In this document: positions 20,905 to 29,808 of the stretch, piece after piece
Position numbering within the stretch: position 1 is the first letter of the stretch
Layout of the letters: the number at the start of each line of letters is the position of its first letter
Source of the DNA: Anaerohalosphaeraceae bacterium
GTDB taxonomy: Bacteria > Planctomycetota > Phycisphaerae > Sedimentisphaerales > Anaerohalosphaeraceae
Direction of reading: 5' to 3'
DNA: 64,000 nucleotides
Assembly (NCBI GenBank): GCA_050309605.1
Contig: JBNRMN010000034.1
Coordinates: 32,001 to 96,000 of the forward strand
The notes under the pieces: model-generated
What the model saw: only the letters and a program-made list of their open reading frames with translations
The model's database searches: none
What the model was told of the DNA's origin: nothing
Program-made: the position numbers and the translations under genes

Positions 20905-20933
20905 TTGACAGCCTTTCGGCTTATTGCTACTAT
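20905..20933 (+). promoter_or_regulatory. Sigma70-type promoter upstream of rnk pair
   Basis: TTGACA-17nt-TACTAT with extended -10 TG. Confidence 0.7.
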
Positions 20934-21064
20934 TAGGCGAAGTTATTTTTTATTGAATGAAATAGCGGTCAACATGCCGATATAGGCTAAAACAGGTCTC
21001 GAAACAGGCTGATTTATTAGCGGGTATGTGAAAGGACCTGTTCACAACAGAAAGGAACTCTGTA

Positions 21065-21481
21065 ATGGCGACAAAAAAGATTCAGGTTACCCAAACGGAT
21101 CATGAACGGTTAACGGCTCTGGTCGAGTCAATGCGTAATCTACCGTCGCGCGATCAAGCCTGTCTGGATAAACTTCGGGGTGAGCTGAATCGTGCACGGA
21201 TTATTTCGACCAAGCGAGTCAAGCCCGATGTGGTGACGATGAATTCGACAGTGGCCTTGCGTGATCTGGATAATGGGCAGATATTTGAGTATCAATTGGT
21301 CTATCCGCAGGACGCCGATCCGGAAGAAAACAAGCTCTCTATATTGGCGCCGGTGGGCACGGCGTTGCTGGGTTACAGTATCGGGGATATCGTAGAATGG
21401 CAGGTACCGGCCGGAGTGCGCCGCTTTAGCATCGAAGGCATCACGTATCAACCGGAAGCGGCCGGCGATTATCATCTCTGA
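21065..21481 (+). CDS. rnk: Rnk (regulator of nucleoside diphosphate kinase; GreA/GreB C-terminal family)
   Basis: DVVTMNSTV, LVYPQDAD, SILAPVGTALLGY, YQPEAAGDYHL. Confidence 0.9.
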   Translation: MATKKIQVTQTDHERLTALVESMRNLPSRDQACLDKLRGELNRARIISTKRVKPDVVTMNSTVALRDLDNGQIFEYQLVYPQDADPEENKLSILAPVGTALLGYSIGDIVEWQVPAGVRRFSIEGITYQPEAAGDYHL

Positions 21482-21498
21482 GAAAGGAGCGCAGATGT

Positions 21499-21966
21499 AT
21501 GCTGCATACCGCACAGCCGATCAAGCCGCCAACCCTCTGGGAATCGTTTCGGCAGCGTTTTTTTCGGCGGCACGACGAGCAGGTGCGCATTTTTTCGGAA
21601 ATCGATTATTATCGTTTTCAGGGCTTATTGACCAGGCAGCATCAGGTCGCTTATCCTTCGCTGGCCGCCCATTTGCAGCAGCTTCGCCGACTCATCCACC
21701 GCGGCTATTTATACCCGTGTAAAGCGGTTCCCGCCAATTTGGTGACGATGAATTCAGTGGTTTTGCTCCGGTCGCGTCGCGGCACGGCCTTTCGCGTCAG
21801 TTTAGTGTATCCGCCGCAGGCGAATCATCAGGAACGAAGGTTTTCGATTCTTTCGCCGCTCGGTCTGGCCATGATTGGACGGTCTGAAGGGCAGCAGATC
21901 TCTGACAATTTGATGATAGAAAAACTTCTCTATCAGCCGGAAAGTCTCGGCAATTACTACACTTAG
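21499..21966 (+). CDS. Second, divergent Rnk/GreA-family paralogue
   Basis: NLVTMNSVV, SLVYPPQAN, SILSPLGLAMIG, LLYQPESLG. Confidence 0.75.
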   Translation: MLHTAQPIKPPTLWESFRQRFFRRHDEQVRIFSEIDYYRFQGLLTRQHQVAYPSLAAHLQQLRRLIHRGYLYPCKAVPANLVTMNSVVLLRSRRGTAFRVSLVYPPQANHQERRFSILSPLGLAMIGRSEGQQISDNLMIEKLLYQPESLGNYYT

Positions 21967-22127
21967 ACTCGCCGAACCCAGCTCTTGCATCACGCCGACC
22001 AAAGGATGCCGTTGGCGGTGATGTCATCGATTCGCCGCCCCCCTGCATTTCCGCAGGTTGTGCCCGTTATTGACGCAGGATAAAATGCTTGCATTCGCAG
22101 CGATTCTGCGGTTTATTGTCAGCCGGT

Positions 22128-22700
22128 ATGGGTGCCAAACCAGACGGACAAAATGAATATGAAAAGGCGTTCGAAGGGTGGCTCTGTGAGCGGGGGATGC
22201 GTTTTGCCCGGGTCGATCAGACACACCGCTGTCTGTTCGAGGGACAGCCCCTCAAGACGTTTGATTATGTGCTCTATCCAAAGCAGGGCGGCTGCGTTTT
22301 GGTGGAGTTGAAGGGGCGCCTGTTTCGAGGGTGTTCTTTGGCGCGGCGAACAGGGCTGCAAACATGGGTTCTGGCCGAGGATGTCGCCGCGCTGGCGCAT
22401 TGGCGCACGCAGTTTGACCGTCAGATGCCGCCAACAAGAGCGCTATTTGTGTTCGCCTACCGGATTGAGCAGATTGCGGCTGATTGCGACGGATTGGATG
22501 TGTATGAAGCCGACGGTCAGCGGTTTATATTTCTGGCGATTCGACAGGGGGATTATCAATCCTGTATGCGGCCGCGCAGCGGTCGCTGGAAAACGGTGTC
22601 ATGTCCGGCAAAGGATTTTCGAGTATTGAGCTTTCCGCTCGAACAGATTTGGCTTGGAGAACAAAACACAAATGAATTCCACGATACATACATTGGCTGA
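22128..22700 (+). CDS. HYExAFE-family protein (putative PD-(D/E)xK nuclease fold)
   Basis: NEYEKAFEGWL, KTFDYVLY...LVELKGR; ATG at 22128 preferred over TTG at 22089. Confidence 0.75.
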   Translation: MGAKPDGQNEYEKAFEGWLCERGMRFARVDQTHRCLFEGQPLKTFDYVLYPKQGGCVLVELKGRLFRGCSLARRTGLQTWVLAEDVAALAHWRTQFDRQMPPTRALFVFAYRIEQIAADCDGLDVYEADGQRFIFLAIRQGDYQSCMRPRSGRWKTVSCPAKDFRVLSFPLEQIWLGEQNTNEFHDTYIG

Positions 22701-23709
22701 GCAAATCCTGGCCGGCGACCTTTTGTCTGTCGAACAGACAAAGCGCCTCTCGGAGGCCTCCTGTGGCAGCCTTGATGATCTGCTGTACTGGGCCAGCCGG
22801 ATTCGCCGGCGTTTTTTCGGCAACCAGATACGGATCTGTTCTATTGTGCCGGGACGTCTGGGCGGATGCAGTCAGGATTGTGCGTTTTGTGCCCAGTCGG
22901 TACGATACGAGACCGGTATCGACAAAACGCCGAAGGTGCTGACCGATGAGCAGATTATCGCCGCCGCCGCCGAGGCCAAGCGCAAAGGCGTGCCCAATTT
23001 CGGCATCGTATATAGCGGCAAGGCCGTCAGCGATGCGGAACTGGAGCGGCTGATTGCCCTGACCGGACGCATCAGGAATGAATACGGGCTGGGGGTGTGT
23101 ATGGGGCTGGGCATTTTGAATGACCGTCAGATGCAGCGGCTGGCCCGGGCCGGCGTCGTTCGTTACAATCACAATCTTGAAACCTCCCGACGGCATTTTG
23201 CCGATATCGTGACAACCCACTCATACGACGATCGCATCCGCACGATTGAAGCCGCCGTGAAAGCCGGTCTGGGCGTCTGTGCCGGCGGCATCTTCGGCAT
23301 CGGCGAACGTGAGCAGGATCGCCTCGATATGGCCTTTGAGCTGCGGCGGCTCGGCGTCGATACCGTACCGATGAACTTTTTGCATCCGATTGCCGGAACG
23401 CCGCTGGAACACGCTGAAACACTTAAGCCCCGCGAAATCCTTCGACTCATCGCTCTGTATCGTTTTATTCTGCCTCGCACTCATCTCAAGGTCGCCGGCG
23501 GCAGGGTGCTGAACCTGCGCGATCTGCAAAGCTGGATTTTTTACGCCGGCTGCACGAGTATCCTGTCCGGCCATTATCTGACCACGGCCGGCCGGTCGGT
23601 TGACCAGGATATGCAGATGCTGCACGATCTGGAATTGACCCCGGTCTCTGAAATATTGATCAAAGAACAAAACGCCGCTACGTCACAAACACAGGGAGTT
23701 GCTCAATGA
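22672..23709 (+). CDS. bioB: Biotin synthase (radical SAM)
   Basis: CSQDCAFCAQS, RYNHNLETS, CAGGIFGIGE, VPMNFL.PIAGTPL, YLTTAG. Confidence 0.92.
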   Translation: MNSTIHTLAEQILAGDLLSVEQTKRLSEASCGSLDDLLYWASRIRRRFFGNQIRICSIVPGRLGGCSQDCAFCAQSVRYETGIDKTPKVLTDEQIIAAAAEAKRKGVPNFGIVYSGKAVSDAELERLIALTGRIRNEYGLGVCMGLGILNDRQMQRLARAGVVRYNHNLETSRRHFADIVTTHSYDDRIRTIEAAVKAGLGVCAGGIFGIGEREQDRLDMAFELRRLGVDTVPMNFLHPIAGTPLEHAETLKPREILRLIALYRFILPRTHLKVAGGRVLNLRDLQSWIFYAGCTSILSGHYLTTAGRSVDQDMQMLHDLELTPVSEILIKEQNAATSQTQGVAQ

Positions 23710-26126
23710 ACCGTTCAGTTAGTGTACCGATTGTATTTGTTGCAAGCCTGTTGGTCTCGGTCGGTTTGTGTCAGACCGCTTCGCCGCGGCGATATGTGCC
23801 GTTGACAACAGAGTGGACATTTCACAAAGGCGATGTCCCCGGTGCGGAAAAAATGACCTTTGACGACAGCCGCTGGCGAACTGTTACCGTGCCGCACGAC
23901 TGGAGCATCGAAGGGCCTTACAGCGAGCAATGGGCCAGCGGCACCGGTTATCTGCCCGGCGGCATCGGCTGGTACCGCAACACGTTTCAACTGGACGCCG
24001 ACGCTGACGGCAAAAGCGTCTATGTCGAATTCGACGGCGTGTATTGCAACAGCGAGGTCTGGATCAACGACCATTATCTCGGCAAGCGCCCTTACGGCTA
24101 TATCAGTTTTTATTATGATCTGACGCCGCATATTCGTTATAACGGGGATGAGAATATCCTTGCGGTGCGCGTCGATCATTCCGACTATGCCGATTCGCGC
24201 TGGTACACCGGTTCGGGGATTTATCGTCCCGTGCGGCTGTGTATTACCGACAAGGTGCGGATTGCGACGTGGGGTGTTTATGTAACGACACCGAAAGTCA
24301 CTGCCGAGCAGGCCGAGATTCGCATTGAGACGACCCTCGATAATTTGGATGCGGCCCAAAGCCAAATCGACCTGACCTCCTACATTATAAACCCCGACAA
24401 CCTGGTCGTTGCCAAAGTATCCCATTCCGGCGGCGTCGTAGAGGCTCAAGGCCTGAAAACTTATGTCCAAACGGCAACCATCCGGGATCCGCAATTATGG
24501 TCGATCCAAACGCCGACGATGTACTCTGTGCTCAGCGTTCTTGAAACCGACGGACGCATAATCGATCAGGTACGCACGCCTTTCGGTATTCGCACTTTTC
24601 GGTTTGATCCGGACGAGGGGTTCTTTCTGAATGATGAGCATGTGACTCTCAAAGGCGTCTGTGTCCATCACGACGCCGGGCCGGTCGGGGCGGCGGTGCC
24701 GTCCGGAATGTGGCGCAGACGGCTCGAAATGCTCAAAGAAATCGGGTGCAACGCCATTCGGATGAGCCACAATCCGCCGGCCAAAGAACTGCTGGATTTG
24801 TGCGATCAAATGGGGTTTCTGGTGATGAATGAGGCGTTTGACGAATTTACGCCGCCCAAACGCAAATGGGTCGAAGGCTGGAACGCCGGAACCCCTTCTT
24901 TGAAGGGGTACGGCCAGGTCTTTGAACAGTGGGCGGTGCGCGACATTCAGGATTGGGTGCGGCGCGACCGGAACCATCCGAGCATTATTTTCTGGAGCAT
25001 CGGCAATGAAATTGATTACCCCAACGATCCTTTTTCGCATCCCGTGCTGGGCAATGAATACAAGCCGACCCAGCCGCCGGCCGACGATCTGGTGCGCTAC
25101 GGCAAGCCGCTGGTCGAAGCGGTCAAGGAGCTGGATACGACTCGGCCGGTAACGGCCGCGCTGGCCAGTGTGGCCATGTCCGATGCAGTCGGATTTACCG
25201 ATTTGCTTGATGTCGTCGGTTACAACTATCAGGAACAGCGTTATGTTGACGATCATGCCAAACACCCGAAGCGTGTGATATACGGCAGCGAAAACGGCAA
25301 GCATTACGGCGCCTGGCAGGCGGTTACTGACAACGACTTTATTTCAGGCCAATTCTTGTGGGTTGGATTTGATTTTCTCGGCGAGGCCCGCGGTTGGCCG
25401 GTGCGCAATTCGCAGGCGGGACTGTTTGATCTGTGCGGCTTCAAAAAACCGATCGGCTGGTTCCGTCAGGCACTCTGGGCGCCGGCGCCGATGATCTATC
25501 TGGCAGCAAGCCCTCGTCGCGACGGTTCAGGCTCCGCGCGGCGCAACCTCGAACGCGGGATGCGCTCGCATTGGAACTGGCCGGAGCAGCAGCGGATGAG
25601 TGTGATTGCGTACAGCAATTGCCCGCAGGCTGAGTTGTTTCTCAACGGCCGGTCGCTGGGCCAGGGAACCCCGATGCCGCAGATGGGGCCGGTGTTCGTG
25701 TGGGACGTGCCCTTCAGCGCCGGCGAACTGAAAGCCGTCGGTCAAAAAGACGGCGGGGCGGTCTGTGAATATAGTCTCAATACCGCCGGCGAACCTCAAC
25801 GAATCCATCTGAAACCTGATACCCGCTCTCTCAAAGCGGATGGCCAGGATGTCTGCCAGATTGAATTTTATATCGCCGACGATAAGGGCGTTCGCGTGCC
25901 GGATGCGGAGAACCTGGTGCGGTTCCATGTGAGCGGCCCGGCCCGGATTCTGGCGGTGGGCAACGGCGACCCGGCCAATCACGCCGATGAAACCGACGCC
26001 GTTCATAACGCCTGGCAGGGCCGGGGGCTGGCGATTGTGCAGGCCCTGTACGAATCAGGGACTGTGCGTGTTTCGGCCTCGTCGCCGGATCTGGACGGCA
26101 CAGAGGTTCAGATTGAGATCAAGTAA
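23706..26126 (+). CDS. Secreted glycoside hydrolase family 2 (beta-galactosidase-like)
   Basis: Signal peptide; VPHDWSIE, FDGVY, SRWYTGSGIYR, KGVCVHHD, NAIRMSHNP, DRNHPSIIFWSIGNE, GSE. Confidence 0.93.
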   Translation: MNRSVSVPIVFVASLLVSVGLCQTASPRRYVPLTTEWTFHKGDVPGAEKMTFDDSRWRTVTVPHDWSIEGPYSEQWASGTGYLPGGIGWYRNTFQLDADADGKSVYVEFDGVYCNSEVWINDHYLGKRPYGYISFYYDLTPHIRYNGDENILAVRVDHSDYADSRWYTGSGIYRPVRLCITDKVRIATWGVYVTTPKVTAEQAEIRIETTLDNLDAAQSQIDLTSYIINPDNLVVAKVSHSGGVVEAQGLKTYVQTATIRDPQLWSIQTPTMYSVLSVLETDGRIIDQVRTPFGIRTFRFDPDEGFFLNDEHVTLKGVCVHHDAGPVGAAVPSGMWRRRLEMLKEIGCNAIRMSHNPPAKELLDLCDQMGFLVMNEAFDEFTPPKRKWVEGWNAGTPSLKGYGQVFEQWAVRDIQDWVRRDRNHPSIIFWSIGNEIDYPNDPFSHPVLGNEYKPTQPPADDLVRYGKPLVEAVKELDTTRPVTAALASVAMSDAVGFTDLLDVVGYNYQEQRYVDDHAKHPKRVIYGSENGKHYGAWQAVTDNDFISGQFLWVGFDFLGEARGWPVRNSQAGLFDLCGFKKPIGWFRQALWAPAPMIYLAASPRRDGSGSARRNLERGMRSHWNWPEQQRMSVIAYSNCPQAELFLNGRSLGQGTPMPQMGPVFVWDVPFSAGELKAVGQKDGGAVCEYSLNTAGEPQRIHLKPDTRSLKADGQDVCQIEFYIADDKGVRVPDAENLVRFHVSGPARILAVGNGDPANHADETDAVHNAWQGRGLAIVQALYESGTVRVSASSPDLDGTEVQIEIK

Positions 26127-26136
26127 GTGAGGCGCT

Positions 26137-26742
26137 ATGCGAATTATTGCCGGCTCCAAACGCGGGATGAGGCTGCTGTCGCCGCCGGGACGCGATACCC
26201 GTCCGATTACCGACCGAGTTAAGGAATCGCTGTTTAATATCCTGTACAATCACGGGCTGCCCGAAGGCGCGGCGGTGGCGGATTTGTTCTGCGGTACCGG
26301 CTCGATGGGGCTGGAGGCCCTCAGTCGCGGGGCGGCGTGGGTGACGTTTATTGACAAAAACCGCAAAGTCATAGAGATCTTGAAGAAAAATATTGCCCGC
26401 GCAGGATTCGAGCGGCAGTGCCGGCCGATTGCAGCCAATATTTTGTCGGTCGGCGCAGCGCCAGCCGCTGAGCATGGGTTGTATGATTTGGTGTTTGTCG
26501 ATCCGCCGTATGCAATGAGCAGATGCGCCGGTGAAGGCTCGGCAATCGCCGGTCTGATGCAATTGATTGACACCCAGGTCAACCCCGACGCCCTGATTGT
26601 GCTTCGAACCCATCAGGACGCCCTGATCTGCGATGAATACGGCCTGCTAACGGCAGTGGACACACGCCAATGGGGGGCGATGAAAGTGATTTTTTATCGT
26701 CCCAAACCGCACCATAAAGGACATGAATCCCACAGCACATAG
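26137..26742 (+). CDS. rsmD: 16S rRNA (guanine966-N2)-methyltransferase
   Basis: MRIIAG, RPITDRVKESLFN, DLFCGTGSMGLEALSRGA, FVDPPY. Confidence 0.92.
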   Translation: MRIIAGSKRGMRLLSPPGRDTRPITDRVKESLFNILYNHGLPEGAAVADLFCGTGSMGLEALSRGAAWVTFIDKNRKVIEILKKNIARAGFERQCRPIAANILSVGAAPAAEHGLYDLVFVDPPYAMSRCAGEGSAIAGLMQLIDTQVNPDALIVLRTHQDALICDEYGLLTAVDTRQWGAMKVIFYRPKPHHKGHESHST

Positions 26743-26788
26743 GTCGTAAACCCTGTTTGTGTTCTTCATATCCTTTATGGTTGTGCGG
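26707..26788. repeat. Long imperfect inverted repeat between convergent rsmD and araA (probable bidirectional terminator)
   Basis: CCGCA-CCATAAAGGACATGAA (26707-26727) vs TTCATATCCTTTATGG-TTGTGCGG (26765-26788), with further inner pairing. Confidence 0.6.
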
Positions 26789-26797
26789 GGGTATGTA

Positions 26798-28294
26798 TTA
26801 CAGTAAAGCCTTGTTCATCCAGTAATAGACTTCATTGAACCGCAGCTCTTTCTTGAAGTTGCGGATATCGGTCGTCTCGTCGATAACAACGGATTCGATG
26901 CCGGCCATATCGGCGAAGTCTTCCAGATGTTCGCTGGTCAGTGCCATTGAAAAACCGGTATGATGTGCACCGCCGGCCAGAATCCACGCGGCGGCTGCCA
27001 CCTTCAAATCCGGCTTGGGCATCCAGACCACGCGGGCAACCGGCAGCTTGGGCAGATCGGCGTCCGGTGCAACCACATCGACCGGATTAATCAGCAGCCG
27101 GAAGCGGTTGCCCATATCAATCAGCGAGGCGTTCAATCCCGGTCCCTGTGCGACGTTAAAGACCAGTCGGGCCGGATCGTCTTTGCCGCCGATGCCCAGC
27201 GGATGCGCCTCCAGCGACACATTGCCGTCGGCGATGGACGGACACACTTCCAGCATGTGCGCCCCGAGCACTTTCATTGCCGCCGGATTCAGGTGGTAGG
27301 TGTAGTCTTCCATAAAGGACGTGCCGCCTTTCAGGCCGGCGGCCATCACTTTCATCGACCGCACCAGCGCGGCGGTTTTCCAGTCGCCTTCGGCGCCGAA
27401 GCCGTAGCCGTCGGCCATCAGTCGCTGGACCGCCAGCCCCGGCAGTTGGGCCAGGCCGTGCAGGTCTTCAAATGTGGTGGTAAAGGCCTTGAATCCGCCG
27501 TCCTCAAGAAAGCCGCGCAGTCCCGCCTCGATTCGTGCCGCGTCGCGGACATTCTGAAGATGCTTGCCTTTGACCTTCATATTGTACTGTTCTTCGTACT
27601 GCTTGACGAATTTGTCAACCTGAGCGTCGGAGACTTTATTGACGATCGCGACCAGGTCGCCCACGCCGTAGCCGTCCACCGCATAACCCAGTTGCTTTTG
27701 GGCCTCAACTTTATCGCCTTCGGTGACGGCCACATTACGCATATTGTCGCCGAAACGGGCGACTTTCATCCCCTGGGCGTCGTCCCATGCACAGGCCGCA
27801 CGCATCCAGGCATCCAGCCGCTGCTGGGCTTCCGTGTCCTGCCAGTGTCCGACGACAACCTTGCGATTTTTGCGAAGCCGCGTGCAGATAAACCCGAATT
27901 CGCGGCCGCCGTGAGCCGACTGGTTCAGGTTCATAAAGTCCATATCGATGGTATCCCACGGGATGTCGCGGTTAAATTGAGTGTGGAAGTGGGCAACGGG
28001 TTTTTGCAGAATCTGAAGGCCGCGAATCCACATCTTAGCCGGACTGAACGTATGCATCCAGGCGATCACTCCGACACAGGCCGTGGCGGTGTTCGCTTCG
28101 GCGCACAGCTCAGAAATAGCGTCAGCGGTTGTCAACACAGGCTTGAAAACGACTTTACAGGCTAATTGACCGGAATTGTTCAGGCCTTTGACGATTTTTT
28201 TGGAATCGTCGGCCACCTGCTTGAGTGCCTCGGGACCATACAAATGCTGGCTGCCCGTGATGAACCATACTTCACATTGCTTTAAGTCGTTCAT
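26798..28294 (-). CDS. araA: L-arabinose isomerase
   Basis: [75 protein letters not shown]. Confidence 0.97.
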   Translation of the reverse strand: MNDLKQCEVWFITGSQHLYGPEALKQVADDSKKIVKGLNNSGQLACKVVFKPVLTTADAISELCAEANTATACVGVIAWMHTFSPAKMWIRGLQILQKPVAHFHTQFNRDIPWDTIDMDFMNLNQSAHGGREFGFICTRLRKNRKVVVGHWQDTEAQQRLDAWMRAACAWDDAQGMKVARFGDNMRNVAVTEGDKVEAQKQLGYAVDGYGVGDLVAIVNKVSDAQVDKFVKQYEEQYNMKVKGKHLQNVRDAARIEAGLRGFLEDGGFKAFTTTFEDLHGLAQLPGLAVQRLMADGYGFGAEGDWKTAALVRSMKVMAAGLKGGTSFMEDYTYHLNPAAMKVLGAHMLEVCPSIADGNVSLEAHPLGIGGKDDPARLVFNVAQGPGLNASLIDMGNRFRLLINPVDVVAPDADLPKLPVARVVWMPKPDLKVAAAAWILAGGAHHTGFSMALTSEHLEDFADMAGIESVVIDETTDIRNFKKELRFNEVYYWMNKALL

Positions 28295-28707
28295 AAACTC
28301 CCTTTCCTAAAAAAAATGTTACAAGTCCGAACAATGAAAATGACATTCAAACGTCCCGCATCACGGTACGTAATTTGACAATCAATTTACCAAAACAAGA
28401 TAGGTTCGACAAGCGATTTTCCAGCGACTGGGTGTATTTTTTACGAGAAAGAAAAAATTGAAACCCATCTTGATATGGGTGTTCGATTCGGGTTTTGCTC
28501 ATTTCAAAGAGACCAGCCGAAGATGAAATCGGCTGCTCTGATCAAAATTTTAGTGTTGTTCAGGGATTTCCGCCGGCATACGCGTCTTGTGCGGGGCGGC
28601 AATGATGTAAATTTTGCTTGAATCCGGTGGGGACGTCTGCGATAATAAAAAGGGTTAAGGTTTTGACAAGACGATGGAAAGACCTTCTTTTTCGAAAGGG
28701 ATTGTCC

Positions 28708-29583
28708 ATGTCTGGAAGTTTAACGTTTTTGATTACTGCGCTGTTGATCGGCGTTGTCGGAATAGAGTCGGAAAAATCGACCTCTTACACGGTCGGTCAG
28801 TTCATCGAAGCTCAGGGACCCGAGTCCGTTGTCTGTCGATTGCGGGATTACGCCGGTCCGACCCAGGTGCGGTTTGTCGTGCGGATTGCCGACCTGGAGG
28901 CGCCGGAAGATCCGAATGCTGTTCAGCTTGCACGGGACTTTCTGCATGAGCGGCTCAGCCATGCGCAGATGATCAAATTGCGGAATGTGCAGGATCACGG
29001 CTATTTCCGTTTGACTGCCGAGGTCTATGCCGATGGGCTAAATGTCGGTCGGCATATGTTGAAAGCAGGGCTGATGCGTCCGAAGCCGTCGAAATCTGCT
29101 GCCGACACGAAGGATGGGTCGGCCAACGGCCTTGACCGCTTTCCCGATTTTCCCCTGGCGGCTGAACATATCCGCTCAAGGCCGCCTACTGCCGCCGCGC
29201 GGGGGCCGGATAGGCCAAAGCGGTTTGCCGGATTGGTGGACATGTCCCGTATCAGGCCGGACACGACGTTTCGAGAGGCGTTGTCGATCATCAGCGGACA
29301 GCAGCCGCGTCTGCCGATTTTGGTCTTGTGGAACGACCTTGAGCGTAACGCTTTTGTTGAACGCGACACGCCGGTCGGCATCGAAGGGTTCGGCAGAATG
29401 CGGGCCGAGGCGGCGCTGGATCTTGTGTTGCGTGCGGTCGCCACTTCTGGGATGCGATTGAGGGTCATCCCCGAAGGCGGTGTGCTGACGATTGCCACCG
29501 AGGCCGCCGATCTGGGAAAACCGACCACCCGGGTTTATCCCGTGGCCGATCTGCTTGCCAGGCCCTCCGAGCTGTATTGGTAG
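28708..29583 (+). CDS. Exported hypothetical protein with thermonuclease(SNase)-like OB domain and C-terminal STN/secretin-N-like domain
   Basis: N-terminal hydrophobic segment; VRIADLEAPE...ARDFL...YFRLTAEVYADGLNVGRHMLKAGL; C-terminal ALDLVL...GGVLTIAT...TRVYPVADLL. Confidence 0.55.
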   Translation: MSGSLTFLITALLIGVVGIESEKSTSYTVGQFIEAQGPESVVCRLRDYAGPTQVRFVVRIADLEAPEDPNAVQLARDFLHERLSHAQMIKLRNVQDHGYFRLTAEVYADGLNVGRHMLKAGLMRPKPSKSAADTKDGSANGLDRFPDFPLAAEHIRSRPPTAAARGPDRPKRFAGLVDMSRIRPDTTFREALSIISGQQPRLPILVLWNDLERNAFVERDTPVGIEGFGRMRAEAALDLVLRAVATSGMRLRVIPEGGVLTIATEAADLGKPTTRVYPVADLLARPSELYW

Positions 29584-29808
29584 GCGAAAATTTTTGAGGC
29601 AAATCAGACGCAGGGAGCGTATAATTCAGCCCTATGACAGCATAGAAACGCAACTATTGAGATATACAATGGGTATTATCGGGCCTGCGATTGAATCCCT
29701 TATTGACCTTTTGTGTCTTTCTTTCAGGGAATCTGTTAAGACCTTTTCAATTCCAGCCGATGAAGTAAGAAGTAATTAGTGTCGTTTTTTTCAGAACAGG
29801 AATCGTAT

